Part shown: positions 1-8,459 of the stretch, piece by piece
Layout: the number at the start of each line of letters is the position of its first letter
Numbering within the stretch: position 1 is the first letter of the stretch
Assembly (NCBI GenBank): GCA_963699015.1
Contig: CAVOSX010000008.1
Coordinates: 241,804 to 305,803, forward strand
Length of the DNA: 64,000 nt
Source: an uncultured Actinomycetes bacterium
GTDB taxonomy: Bacteria; Actinomycetota; Actinomycetes; Streptosporangiales; Streptosporangiaceae
Reading direction: 5' to 3'
Position numbers and translations under genes: made by a program
Notes under the pieces: generated by a model
Databases searched by the model: none
What the model saw: the letters and a program-made list of their open reading frames with translations, nothing else
What the model was told of the DNA's origin: nothing

Positions 1-124
1 ATTACCTTCGCGCACCGCCGCATGGTAGCCCAGTCTCCCGGCGGCCCGCCGGTACGCTGGCCGGAGCAGTTAGGACGCCGTAAGCCGGGGGTGAGGCCGG
101 CGGCTCACCTGGTAGGAGGCCACC

Positions 125-829
125 ATGACCGTGGCGCTGCTGCTTGCGGCTGCGCCCGACCGGCTGTCCGCCATGACCCGGCCGTACCGTCAGCCCGGGG
201 ACCGGGTGGCCGGCGACTCGGCGGTGATCGACGGCGTGGGCGGTCGGCTGGCGGACGCCGGGGTGCGGCGGGTCGAGGTGGCGATGTGCGCCGATGCGGC
301 GGACGGGCTGCGGGCGGTTGCCGCCACCGCGCGCCGGGCGGCCGAGCCGGTCCTGGTCTGCACCGCGGCCCGGGTGCTGGCGACCCCGCAGGCCGCGCTG
401 GCCGCGCTGCTCGCCGGGACCTGCTCTGCGGCCGTCACTACCAGCGGGACGCTGCTCGTCGCGCGGCAGGACCTGCCCGCCGCCGCCGCGGCGGCAGAAG
501 CGCTGGCCGACCCGGTCGCCGCCGGGGACGGCCCGCAGGGCCGCCGCCCAGGGCATCACCTGTCCGTCCGCCGCCTCAACCGCAAGATGCGAGTGAGCGC
601 TGAGCTCAACGATGCCGTCCAGTCCCTCATCGACAGCGTCGCCGCCAGCGGCGTCAAGCTGACCGCGCTGAACGTCAAGGACGCCGCGAGCACCGGCCGC
701 GCGGCCGGCCGGCCGCCGGCCGGTCCGTTCGCCGCCCGCGCCAGGACCAGGAGGACGGGCTGGTGGCCGCGCTGGCTGTGGCACCGCTGGCCGGCCGGAT
801 CGCCCGCTCGGCCGCGGGCCGCGGGCTGA
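125..829 (+). CDS. hypothetical protein at head of cell-envelope gene cluster (possibly nucleotidyltransferase-like partner of the next gene); 3' end overlaps next gene
   Basis: High third-position GC in this frame from ATG 125. No diagnostic motif recognised. Coding potential visibly switches to the frame of the next ORF around nt 720-745. Confidence 0.3.
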   Translation: MTVALLLAAAPDRLSAMTRPYRQPGDRVAGDSAVIDGVGGRLADAGVRRVEVAMCADAADGLRAVAATARRAAEPVLVCTAARVLATPQAALAALLAGTCSAAVTTSGTLLVARQDLPAAAAAAEALADPVAAGDGPQGRRPGHHLSVRRLNRKMRVSAELNDAVQSLIDSVAASGVKLTALNVKDAASTGRAAGRPPAGPFAARARTRRTGWWPRWLWHRWPAGSPARPRAAG

Positions 830-1440
830 CGCCGAATGCGCTCACTCTCGCCGCGCTCGCTCTCACCGGGTGCGCGGCAGCCTGGTTCGCGGCCGGCAGC
901 AGGTCCGCGCTGATCGCCGGCTCGGTGCTGCTGTGCGCAGCGCTTCCGGTTCGCCAGGCATCTGCCCTGCTGCCCGCGAGCGGGCTGGCCGCGGCCGCGT
1001 TCGGCGGCTGGCTGGCCGCGATGTCCGCCGCGGCCGGCGAGTACGCGGTCTATGCGGGGCTGGCCCTCGGCTGGTCATCGGCCCGGCCGCAGCAGGCCTG
1101 GGAGCTCGCGATCGCGGCGATGATCTTGCTGGCGGTGCGGCAGACGGCCGACGCCTGCTACGCGTCGGCCGCGGCGTCCCGGCACGAGATGCGCGGCCCC
1201 GGCTACCCGTTGCTGCGGCTGGCCGGGCAGAGCATCGCGCTGCCTGCTGCCGAGCGAACCTTGCTGATTGCTGTCACCGCATCCGTCTGGGGTCCGCGGA
1301 TGGCACTGATCGTGCTCGTGGGCTGGGGGGTTGTCGCCCTGGGTTATTCGGTGGCCGAACGGGCCGTGGCCGGCCGGGTGCCCGCTGCGGTCCGTGATGC
1401 GGGGGATGGCGGCCGCACCGCGCGAAGCGGGGCACGATGA
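763..1440 (+). CDS. polytopic membrane protein with CDP-alcohol-phosphatidyltransferase-like N-terminus
   Basis: N-terminal LTPNALTLAALALTG resembles the conserved TPN-x-(I/L)T start of CDP-alcohol phosphatidyltransferases. Multiple hydrophobic helices follow. The catalytic D-G-x2-A-R...D-x3-D motif is not evident, so the family call is weak. In-frame sequence continues upstream to about nt 604, so the true start may be earlier. Confidence 0.4.
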   Translation: MAALAVAPLAGRIARSAAGRGLTPNALTLAALALTGCAAAWFAAGSRSALIAGSVLLCAALPVRQASALLPASGLAAAAFGGWLAAMSAAAGEYAVYAGLALGWSSARPQQAWELAIAAMILLAVRQTADACYASAAASRHEMRGPGYPLLRLAGQSIALPAAERTLLIAVTASVWGPRMALIVLVGWGVVALGYSVAERAVAGRVPAAVRDAGDGGRTARSGAR

Positions 1441-2075
1441 CGACGGCTGGCGATGCTTTCGGCCGCCCCCGGGCCGGGCGCCCGGCCGGTGACGGCCGGG
1501 CCGCGGGCGACATCGTGGCGTGCCGCGATGACGGCCCGCTGGCGCGCCAGATCGGCCGGGTGGTGCAGGGCCAGCTGCCCCCGCTACTGCCGGCCGTGGC
1601 CGGCGTCACGGTCACCGCCGTGCTGGCCGCGCTGGGCCTGCGCAGCCTGCCGGGCGTGCTGTTGCTCACCCCCGCGGTGGCCATGCTGCTGGCCGCGCTC
1701 GGTGCCGACCACCCGCACGACGGGCGGGGCGACTGGCTGGTCCCGGCGCTGCTGCAGGCGGGTCAGTACGTCTACCTGGCCGCGCTGGCGTTCGCGCTCC
1801 GGGTGCCCGCCCCGGCCACGTTCGCGCTGATCGCCGTTATCGCGCTGCACCACATGGATCTGCTGCACCGGCACCGGTACGGGGTGTCTCCCGGGCCCAA
1901 GGTGGCGGTGGCCGGCCTGGGCTGGGAGGGGCGGATGCTGGTGGCCGGGGTCGGCGGGATGCTGGGCATCGAGACGGTCTTCTACATCGCGCTGGCGGGT
2001 TACCTGGGCCTGCTTTTCGGCTGGGACAGCCTGACCAGCTGGCTGGCCGTCAGGGACGGCGAGTCCCCCCGCTGA
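1437..2075 (+). CDS. integral membrane protein (about 5 TM helices), unknown function
   Basis: 212-aa ORF with good GC3. Hydrophobic helices (AVAGVTVTAVLAALGL, ALIAVIALHHMDLL, etc.). Start overlaps previous stop (ATGA), suggesting an operon. Confidence 0.45.
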   Translation: MTTAGDAFGRPRAGRPAGDGRAAGDIVACRDDGPLARQIGRVVQGQLPPLLPAVAGVTVTAVLAALGLRSLPGVLLLTPAVAMLLAALGADHPHDGRGDWLVPALLQAGQYVYLAALAFALRVPAPATFALIAVIALHHMDLLHRHRYGVSPGPKVAVAGLGWEGRMLVAGVGGMLGIETVFYIALAGYLGLLFGWDSLTSWLAVRDGESPR

Positions 2076-2169
2076 CCTGGCGGTGGAGGCCGCACGCGTC
2101 CGCCGGACGGTCGCGCTCAGGCCGCTCTCAACGTAGGCTAGCTAGGATTTATACCGTGGAAGGGCCAGC

Positions 2170-3441
2170 ATGTCTGTGCTCACGGTGAGACGCAGGGCAT
2201 CCGGGAGCCGAAAGCCCGGCCTGGGTCCGGGGTGGCGGTCGCTCACGACCATCCCGCGTCCGTGGGTGGCCGCCGCCTTCGGCGCGTGCGCCCTGTTCGC
2301 CGGCGCGGTCGCCCTGTTCACCTCCAACGACCTGCACCGGCTCTGGGGATCGGCCGCCGCGGCCGGGTACCTGCTGGCGGCCATTGCGGTACTCGCCTGG
2401 CGGCGGCGGGGGGTGGACCTGGCCCTGGGGCTGAGCTTGTGCGGCGCGCTGCTGGTGCCGCTCGGCTGGCTGGCTACCCAGGGCAAGCAGCAGCCCGAGG
2501 TCAGCGTGATCACCCGGTCTGCCCAGCTGCTGGTGAACCACGGCGCGCCGTACCTGAGCACCGCCGCGCTGGCCGCGACCCACAACCCGAACTCCTATGA
2601 TCCGTACCTGCCGGTCATGACGCTGTTCGGGCTGCCGCGGGCGCTGGCAGGCTCGGGGGTGCTGACCGACCCGCGGATCTGGTTCGGCCTGGTCTTCCTG
2701 GCCGTCTTCGGGGTAGCGCTGGCGGCGGCGGGAGCACGGGATTGGATCCGGTGGACGGTGCTCGTTGCGGCCAGCCCGGTGATCGCCTTCGAGCTCGCCG
2801 TCGGCGGTACGGACATCCCCGTGCTGGCGCTGATGTGCCTGGGCCTGGCCTTGCTATGGGGAACGTCACGGTACCAGCCGCGCCCGGTTCTTGCCGGGCT
2901 CGTGCTGGGCATTGACGCCGCCATGAAGGCCACCGCCTGGCCGGCGCTCATCATCGCCATCGTGCTGCTCGCGGCGCGGGATGGCCGGCGGCCCGCCGCC
3001 GTCTTCACGGCCACCGCGGCGGTCGCCTGCGCGGTGCTGGTGGGCCCGGTCGCCGCCATATGGCCCGGCTCCCTGGCGGCCAACACGATCTCGTTCCCGC
3101 TGGGGCTGACGAAGATCAAGTCGATGGCGGCCAGCCCGCTGCCCGGGCATCTGCTGGAGCAGACCGGACACACCGGTCACCTGATAGCCGTGGGGCTGCT
3201 CGTGCTGGCCGGCCTCGGCGTCCTGGCGTGGCTGGTGCTGGCGCCGCCGAAAGATGTGCCGTCGGCTACCTGGCGGCTCATCATCGGCCTGACGCTGATG
3301 TTCACGCTGGCCCCGGCGACCAGATTCGGGTACTACATCTACCCTGCGGGCCTGCTGACCTGGCTGCTCGTGGCCCTGGCCGGCCGGCGCGAGGTCCGGC
3401 CCGAGGCCGTTCCGGCCCCGGCTGCGACGGACAGTTCCTAG
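2170..3441 (+). CDS. polytopic membrane glycosyltransferase-like protein (DUF2029 / GT87-like, GT-C fold candidate)
   Basis: 423 aa with about 10 predicted TM helices. Overall architecture and neighbourhood (LCP gene convergent downstream) resemble DUF2029/GT87 mannosyltransferase-like cell-wall proteins. No database search done. Confidence 0.45.
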   Translation: MSVLTVRRRASGSRKPGLGPGWRSLTTIPRPWVAAAFGACALFAGAVALFTSNDLHRLWGSAAAAGYLLAAIAVLAWRRRGVDLALGLSLCGALLVPLGWLATQGKQQPEVSVITRSAQLLVNHGAPYLSTAALAATHNPNSYDPYLPVMTLFGLPRALAGSGVLTDPRIWFGLVFLAVFGVALAAAGARDWIRWTVLVAASPVIAFELAVGGTDIPVLALMCLGLALLWGTSRYQPRPVLAGLVLGIDAAMKATAWPALIIAIVLLAARDGRRPAAVFTATAAVACAVLVGPVAAIWPGSLAANTISFPLGLTKIKSMAASPLPGHLLEQTGHTGHLIAVGLLVLAGLGVLAWLVLAPPKDVPSATWRLIIGLTLMFTLAPATRFGYYIYPAGLLTWLLVALAGRREVRPEAVPAPAATDSS

Positions 3442-3454
3442 AATCCGGTGGCGC

Positions 3455-3545
3455 CCGGCCGGTCGTGATACCGGGCCGGTCCTGTTACCCGGCCGGTCCT
3501 GTACCCGGCCGGTCCTGATACCACGCCGGTCCTGATACCACGCCG
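3455..3545. repeat. five tandem copies of a 17-bp unit (consensus CCGGCCGGTCCTGATAC) in convergent intergenic region
   Basis: Read directly: cccggccggtcgtgata / ccgggccggtcctgtta / cccggccggtcctgta / cccggccggtcctgata / ccacgccggtcctgata, then ccacgccgcc. It lies between the stops of the + gene ending 3441 and the - gene ending 3557. Confidence 0.8.
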
Positions 3546-3556
3546 CCGGGCCGCGG

Positions 3557-5167
3557 TCAGGTGCCCTTGTTCGGGTTGTCCGGGCCGGTGAAGGCCCCGG
3601 AGTCGCTGCAGATGTTCGTGCCGCCGTTGATCCCGCCGTACGACGACTTGCTCAGGTGCCCGGCTGAGTTTGACCCCGAGCCCGATCCTGGCGACGTCGA
3701 CGAACCCGGCGAGGGGGAACCGCTCGCCGCCGGGGAACCGGTGAGCCCGGTGAAAGCGGATCCGATGATCAGGTCGATGGTGCCCGGCGCGAGACCCGGT
3801 ACCTGCTGCACCTGCACCGAGTTGAGCTGGGCCTTGAGCGTGTTAGCCATGGGCCGTTCGGTCGCTGCGGAGTACTCGATGATGCTGTCGGTGTAGGCGG
3901 AGTTGGTGGCGTTGGTGGTGCCGACGACGTGGAAGCCCTTGCTGGTCAGGTCGCTGGCCGCCTGGCCGGCCGCGCCCTGGATGCCGTTGCCGTTGAGCAC
4001 CTCGACCTGGACCTTGCTGGGGCTGACGGTATCCACCGTGGTGGCGGGGGGCGTGGCGTTCTTCTTCGACTTGGGTATCGAGGTGTCGTGCTCGATCGCG
4101 TTGAACAAATGGTCCGCCGCCGGCTGCGACCACACCACGCGGTTGGCGTTGGTTGGATCCTGGCCGTTGGGCACGGTGATGAACCGCACCGACCTGCTGT
4201 TCAGCGAGCGCAGGTTCTCGGCAAGCGAGACCATGTCGCTCAGCGAGAGCCCCTGGTCCACGGTCAGGGCCTTGGCCGCGTCCCGTAGCACCGAGTACAT
4301 CCGGGGGTAGTTGGTGAGCAGGCCGCCCTTCTTCACTTCCTGCATGAGCCCGGCCATCAGGTACTGCTGGCGCGCGATCCGCTGTATGTCGGAGCCCTCG
4401 CCGACGTACCGCTCGCGCCAGAAGGCCAGCGCCTCGAATCCCTTGACGTGGTGCTCGCCCGCGCTCAGGTTGAGTCCGGACTTCGGATCGTGGAGGGACT
4501 TGGGCAGGCAGACGTTGACCCCGCCGATGTCGTTGATGACGTTGATGAATCCGGAGAAGGTGAGCCCCACGTAGTGGTCGATCCGGATTCCGGTTTCCTG
4601 CTCGACCGTCTTCCACAGGCACAGCGGGCCGCCGAGGGCGAAGGTGGCGTTGAGCATCTCGTCCTGGCCCGGTTGGGCCGGCTGGCCTTGGTAGTGGTGC
4701 TTAGTGTCGGCCTTGCAGGCCAGGATCGGGACTTCGCTGTCGCGGGGCAGGCTCACCACCACGGCGCCCTGGTGATGCGGCCTGATGTGCACGATCAGCA
4801 TGGTGTCCGAGCGCTGGCCCTGGACGTACTTGCCGAATTTCTGGTTGTTGCCGGCCCGGCTGTCCGACCCGACGAGCAGGATGTTCTCCGAGGCGTCATA
4901 GGCGGGCGGGCGGTGGCTGCCGAGACCGGCGGTGCTGAACGTCTCGATGCTGTGCAGGGTGTTCAGGTAGGCCGCGTAGGCGACGAGTGAGGTGCCGGTC
5001 ACCAAGACGGTGGTGATGACGGCGATCCAGCCGACGATCCGACGGCGACGCGAGCCGTGCCCGCGCCGTCCGCGCGGCTCATGCCCGCCTGTATCGTCGT
5101 CGTCGTCTTCTTGGCTGTAGCGGCTCATTGCTCTCCAGCGCCTCGCTAGCTGCATCCAGGCTCGCAA
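3557..5167 (-). CDS. LytR-CpsA-Psr (LCP) family cell-wall glycopolymer ligase with C-terminal LytR_C-like domain and Ser/Gly-rich tail
   Basis: N-terminal TM anchor. Canonical LCP core motifs ENILLVGSDSR...RSDTMLIVHI...VSLPRDS. Long C-terminal extension with a second domain (VQVEVLNGNGIQGAAG) and an SPGSGSGS low-complexity tail. Confidence 0.85.
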   Translation of the reverse strand: MRAWMQLARRWRAMSRYSQEDDDDDTGGHEPRGRRGHGSRRRRIVGWIAVITTVLVTGTSLVAYAAYLNTLHSIETFSTAGLGSHRPPAYDASENILLVGSDSRAGNNQKFGKYVQGQRSDTMLIVHIRPHHQGAVVVSLPRDSEVPILACKADTKHHYQGQPAQPGQDEMLNATFALGGPLCLWKTVEQETGIRIDHYVGLTFSGFINVINDIGGVNVCLPKSLHDPKSGLNLSAGEHHVKGFEALAFWRERYVGEGSDIQRIARQQYLMAGLMQEVKKGGLLTNYPRMYSVLRDAAKALTVDQGLSLSDMVSLAENLRSLNSRSVRFITVPNGQDPTNANRVVWSQPAADHLFNAIEHDTSIPKSKKNATPPATTVDTVSPSKVQVEVLNGNGIQGAAGQAASDLTSKGFHVVGTTNATNSAYTDSIIEYSAATERPMANTLKAQLNSVQVQQVPGLAPGTIDLIIGSAFTGLTGSPAASGSPSPGSSTSPGSGSGSNSAGHLSKSSYGGINGGTNICSDSGAFTGPDNPNKGT

Positions 5168-5603
5168 GCTCGGTGGGCTGCGTGCACGTTATCGTATGCG
5201 GCCTCGGCAGGATCGGGATTTGGTGCGAAGCCAACAACGGCCGGACCATACCGGGACCCCGGTCCGGCATCTCCTACCCACGTCGTATGACGATCACAAC
5301 CCCTCCGCGGTTCCCCTTAGGGTGGGTACGTGCGTCGTGGACTCCGCCGATCGCGCCAGCCAGCAGGCTCACGACCTCCGGAGGAGGAGCCCGGCGGGCT
5401 GGCCGGTACGCGTTCGCAGGGGGAGGCGGGCCGGCCGGCCGCAGCAGCCGGAGATGGTCCCCCGCAGGCAGCGCCCGGCGAGCCGGAGGCGGTGACAGGC
5501 GAGCCATGGGCTACGGCGGAGGGCGAATCGTGGGATGGGGCGACCGGGCCGGTGACGGCTTCGGGCCAGCCTGCGGCAACTGACGAAGCGGCCGAGAACG
5601 CCG

Positions 5604-5745
5604 GGGCGGCTGAGCCCGCCGGGGCGGCTGAGGCCGCCGGGGCGGCTGAGGCCGCCGGGAGCGGCTGAGGCCGCCGGGGCTGAGGCCGCCGGGGCTGAGC
5701 CTGCCGGGGCTGAGGCCGCCGGGACAGGAGAAGCCGGATCGGCAC
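5604..5745. repeat. tandem array of an 18-bp unit GCGGCTGAGGCCGCCGGG (about 7 copies, some shortened to 15 bp)
   Basis: Read directly. The repeat encodes (AAEAAG)n in one frame and contains TGA in another. It sits immediately upstream of, or at the N-terminus of, the large membrane-protein gene starting near 5787. Confidence 0.8.
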
Positions 5746-5786
5746 CGGACGCCGCCGGGCCGGGTGGCGCGGACAGGCCCGCCCGG

Positions 5787-8048
5787 GTGGCCTCGCGGCT
5801 GGGCCGTTCGCTCGCTCCGGCCGTTACCCGGATGACCCGCCGCCCTCGGGAGATCACTCGTCGCTCAACGGCGGCGATACGCCGCGCTGCCGCCCCGCTG
5901 GCAGCCACCGGCCGGGAGTTCACCCGCCTCACCCTGCTGCCCCCGCTGCTGGTCATCGCATGGCTCCTGCCCGCCATACCGCTGCTGCTTACCGGGAGCT
6001 TCGCGGTTGCCCCCATGCTCGTGATCTCTATCCCGCTGGCGCTGGTTCTAATCATCGTCGCCCTGCGGCGCGTCCCGGCCTGCTGGCCGGCCACTGCCCA
6101 GGCCCGGGCCGGCCTGGGTGACCGCGCGTCGTGGTGGTCGGTGCTCGGCACCGTTGCGGTAGCCGGAGGATTCGCCGCGTGGCAGATCGTGGAGAAGTCG
6201 CAGCCGCTCGTCGTGGCCAGCGATCAAGGTACATCGCTGCAGTTCGGCTACTGGATCGCGCAGCACGGCTCGGCCTCCATCCCGGTATCGGCAGCGGCAT
6301 TCGGCGGCGCGCACCCAGGGCTCAGCTTCGCCAGCGTCGGTTTCGCCCAGCACGGCGCGTCGCTGTCCCCGCAGTTCCTGGCCGGGCTGCCGACGGTGCT
6401 CGCGGCCGCCTTCTGGGCAGGCGGGATTCACGCCGCGCTGCTGGTGCCTCCGGTGCTCGGCGCCCTGGCGGTGATCACGTTCGCGGGGCTGGCCGGTCGG
6501 CTATGCGGGCCGCGGTGGGCGCCCGCGGCCGCGGTCGTGCTGGCCGTGGCCCTTCCCGAGCAGTACACGAGCCGCGCGCCCTTCGGCGAGCCGCTGCTCC
6601 AGATCCTGCTCTTCGGCGGACTGTGCCTGCTCATCGACTCGCTGGGCGCTCCTGCCATGGTGTCCGGTCGCGGTGCGCGATGGTGGCGGACCGGCCCGAG
6701 CCCGGGCATCGTGCTCGCAGCGCTCGGCGGGTTGTCCCTGGGCTTGACGGCCGTGGTCCAGGTGGGCGGGCTGACCGACGTGCTGCCGGCCATCGTGGTC
6801 ATCGGGATCCTGTACGCGTCCGGGAAGCCGCAGTGGCTGCCGTTCGGCATCGGGCTGGTCGTAGGGGCCGGGTACGGGCTGGCCGACGGCTATCTGCTGG
6901 CGCGGCCCTATCTCGACGGGCTGGCGTCCTGGATGCGCACGTTCGGGATCATCGCCGCCGGGGTGACGGTACTGACCGTGGCCGTCGTGCTGCTGGCGCG
7001 GACGGGATGGGTGCGCCGCGCGGCGAAAAGCGTGCCGGCCGAGCGCCTGCTTCGCTGGCTACCGGAAGCGGCGGGGGCGGTGGTCGTCCTGGCCGCGATC
7101 GGCTTCGCCATCCGGCCATACGTGCAGACCGTGCGCGCCGACTCCGGCCGGTCGGTGATCGCGTATGTCGGCTACCTGCAGCGGGCCGCGGGCCTGCCGC
7201 TCGACCCTAGGCGGCTGTACGCGGAGGACACGCTGTACTGGGTGATCTGGTACATCGGCCTGCCGGCCGTGCTGCTCGGCGTGTTCGGGATCGCGATTCT
7301 CACCCGTCGGCTGCTACGTGCGCTCCTGACCTGGAATGACCCGTACAGCGCCGCCCGGATCTGGGCGCTGCCGCTGCTGATGATCGGCTGGGTGACCGTC
7401 AGCGTCCTGTGGCGGCCGGGGACCGTCCCCGACCAGCCCTGGGCCAGCCGCCGGCTGGTGCCCGTCGTGCTGCCGGGCCTGATCCTGGCCGCGGTGTGGG
7501 CGGCTGCCTGGCTGACCGGCCGGGCCGGCGTGCGTGGCGCAGGGAAGATCGCGTCGTCCGCGGTGGCGGTATTGTGCGTGGTCGCCCTGCTGCTGCCCAC
7601 CGCCCTGACCACCTTCGGCGTCGGCGTCGCGCCCACTGGAGGGACTGAGCCGAGGTCAGCGGCGGGCGGCCTGGCCTTCCAGCGGACGGGTCAGGGCGAG
7701 ATCACCGCGGTGAACCATCTGTGCACCGCGATCGGGCCCGGCGCGTCGGTGGTGATCGTGGATCCGCGGGTCGCCAACGGCTTCACTCAGCTCATCCGAG
7801 GCGGTTGCGATACCCCCGTGGCGCGGATTGACCGGGCCACCCCGCTGTCCCTGGGCCAGGTGCTGGTCGGGATCCGGCAGGCCGGACGGCGTCCCGTGCT
7901 CCTCGGCTCAGACCGGGCCGAGGTGGCACCGTTCGGGGTGTCACGTGAGGTAGTCAACCTGGCCACGAAGCAGGACGCGCACGAGCTGACCAGGCCGCCG
8001 ACCGCCACCTGGCCGATCCGGTACACGGTCTGGATGGCGGAGCCTTAG
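5787..8048 (+). CDS. large polytopic membrane protein (753 aa), possible GT-C-type glycosyltransferase of the cell-envelope cluster
   Basis: Long ORF with high GC3. About 12-15 hydrophobic helices in the first 600 aa followed by a soluble C-terminal domain. Adjacent to the LCP and GT87-like genes. The true start may lie upstream within the repeat. Confidence 0.5.
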   Translation: MASRLGRSLAPAVTRMTRRPREITRRSTAAIRRAAAPLAATGREFTRLTLLPPLLVIAWLLPAIPLLLTGSFAVAPMLVISIPLALVLIIVALRRVPACWPATAQARAGLGDRASWWSVLGTVAVAGGFAAWQIVEKSQPLVVASDQGTSLQFGYWIAQHGSASIPVSAAAFGGAHPGLSFASVGFAQHGASLSPQFLAGLPTVLAAAFWAGGIHAALLVPPVLGALAVITFAGLAGRLCGPRWAPAAAVVLAVALPEQYTSRAPFGEPLLQILLFGGLCLLIDSLGAPAMVSGRGARWWRTGPSPGIVLAALGGLSLGLTAVVQVGGLTDVLPAIVVIGILYASGKPQWLPFGIGLVVGAGYGLADGYLLARPYLDGLASWMRTFGIIAAGVTVLTVAVVLLARTGWVRRAAKSVPAERLLRWLPEAAGAVVVLAAIGFAIRPYVQTVRADSGRSVIAYVGYLQRAAGLPLDPRRLYAEDTLYWVIWYIGLPAVLLGVFGIAILTRRLLRALLTWNDPYSAARIWALPLLMIGWVTVSVLWRPGTVPDQPWASRRLVPVVLPGLILAAVWAAAWLTGRAGVRGAGKIASSAVAVLCVVALLLPTALTTFGVGVAPTGGTEPRSAAGGLAFQRTGQGEITAVNHLCTAIGPGASVVIVDPRVANGFTQLIRGGCDTPVARIDRATPLSLGQVLVGIRQAGRRPVLLGSDRAEVAPFGVSREVVNLATKQDAHELTRPPTATWPIRYTVWMAEP

Positions 8049-8105
8049 CTAGGCTGGCGTTCGCGAGTACCGTGCTGCCGCGAGTAGCCGGCGGCAGACG
8101 CCATG

Positions 8106-8459
8106 TTAGGGTCCGAGTAGTTCAGCAATGCTGCTGACCTGGGGGGATGTAATGAAGTTCATCGTCGTCGTCAGCTTTCCGCTGGAGCCGTTCAACACCC
8201 TATGTCCGTTAGGCACGGCCAGGAGAAGATCGGCGATCGGCACTTCGCTGTCGAGCCCGAGCTTGTCTACTTCATCGACAACGGCGTAGGGCGACGCGCC
8301 GAGATGGTCGCCCCGGACAGCGCAGGCCAGGCTCCGCGCCTGATCGAGTTGTTTGATGCTCCGCTTCTGCGCGCGCTCGGCACCGGCCGCCTGCATCGCC
8401 CTCCCGCGAACAATCGGAGTGAACGATGATCCTGAAGGCTCGTCATTGGAATGGCGCAA
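8106..8459 (-). CDS. hypothetical protein in lower-GC stretch
   Basis: 117-aa ORF with reasonable GC3 in its central part (…DQARSLACAVRGDHLGASPYAVVDEVDKLGLDSEVPIADLLLAVPNGHRV…). No recognisable motif. It overlaps the start of the propeller pseudogene on the other strand. Confidence 0.25.
   Translation of the reverse strand: MRHSNDEPSGSSFTPIVRGRAMQAAGAERAQKRSIKQLDQARSLACAVRGDHLGASPYAVVDEVDKLGLDSEVPIADLLLAVPNGHRVLNGSSGKLTTTMNFITSPQVSSIAELLGP

Noticed and set aside
2-784. 260-aa minus-strand ORF at the window start (and other long overlapping ORFs in 1-1700)
   Set aside because: Third-position GC favours the plus-strand frame starting at 125. The minus ORF is probably a GC-driven artefact, though this cannot be proven without homology searches.
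763-1440. Confident annotation as CDP-alcohol phosphatidyltransferase
   Set aside because: Only the N-terminal TPN-x-LT motif is present; the catalytic DG-x2-AR…D-x3-D signature is not found. Downgraded to a family-like membrane protein.
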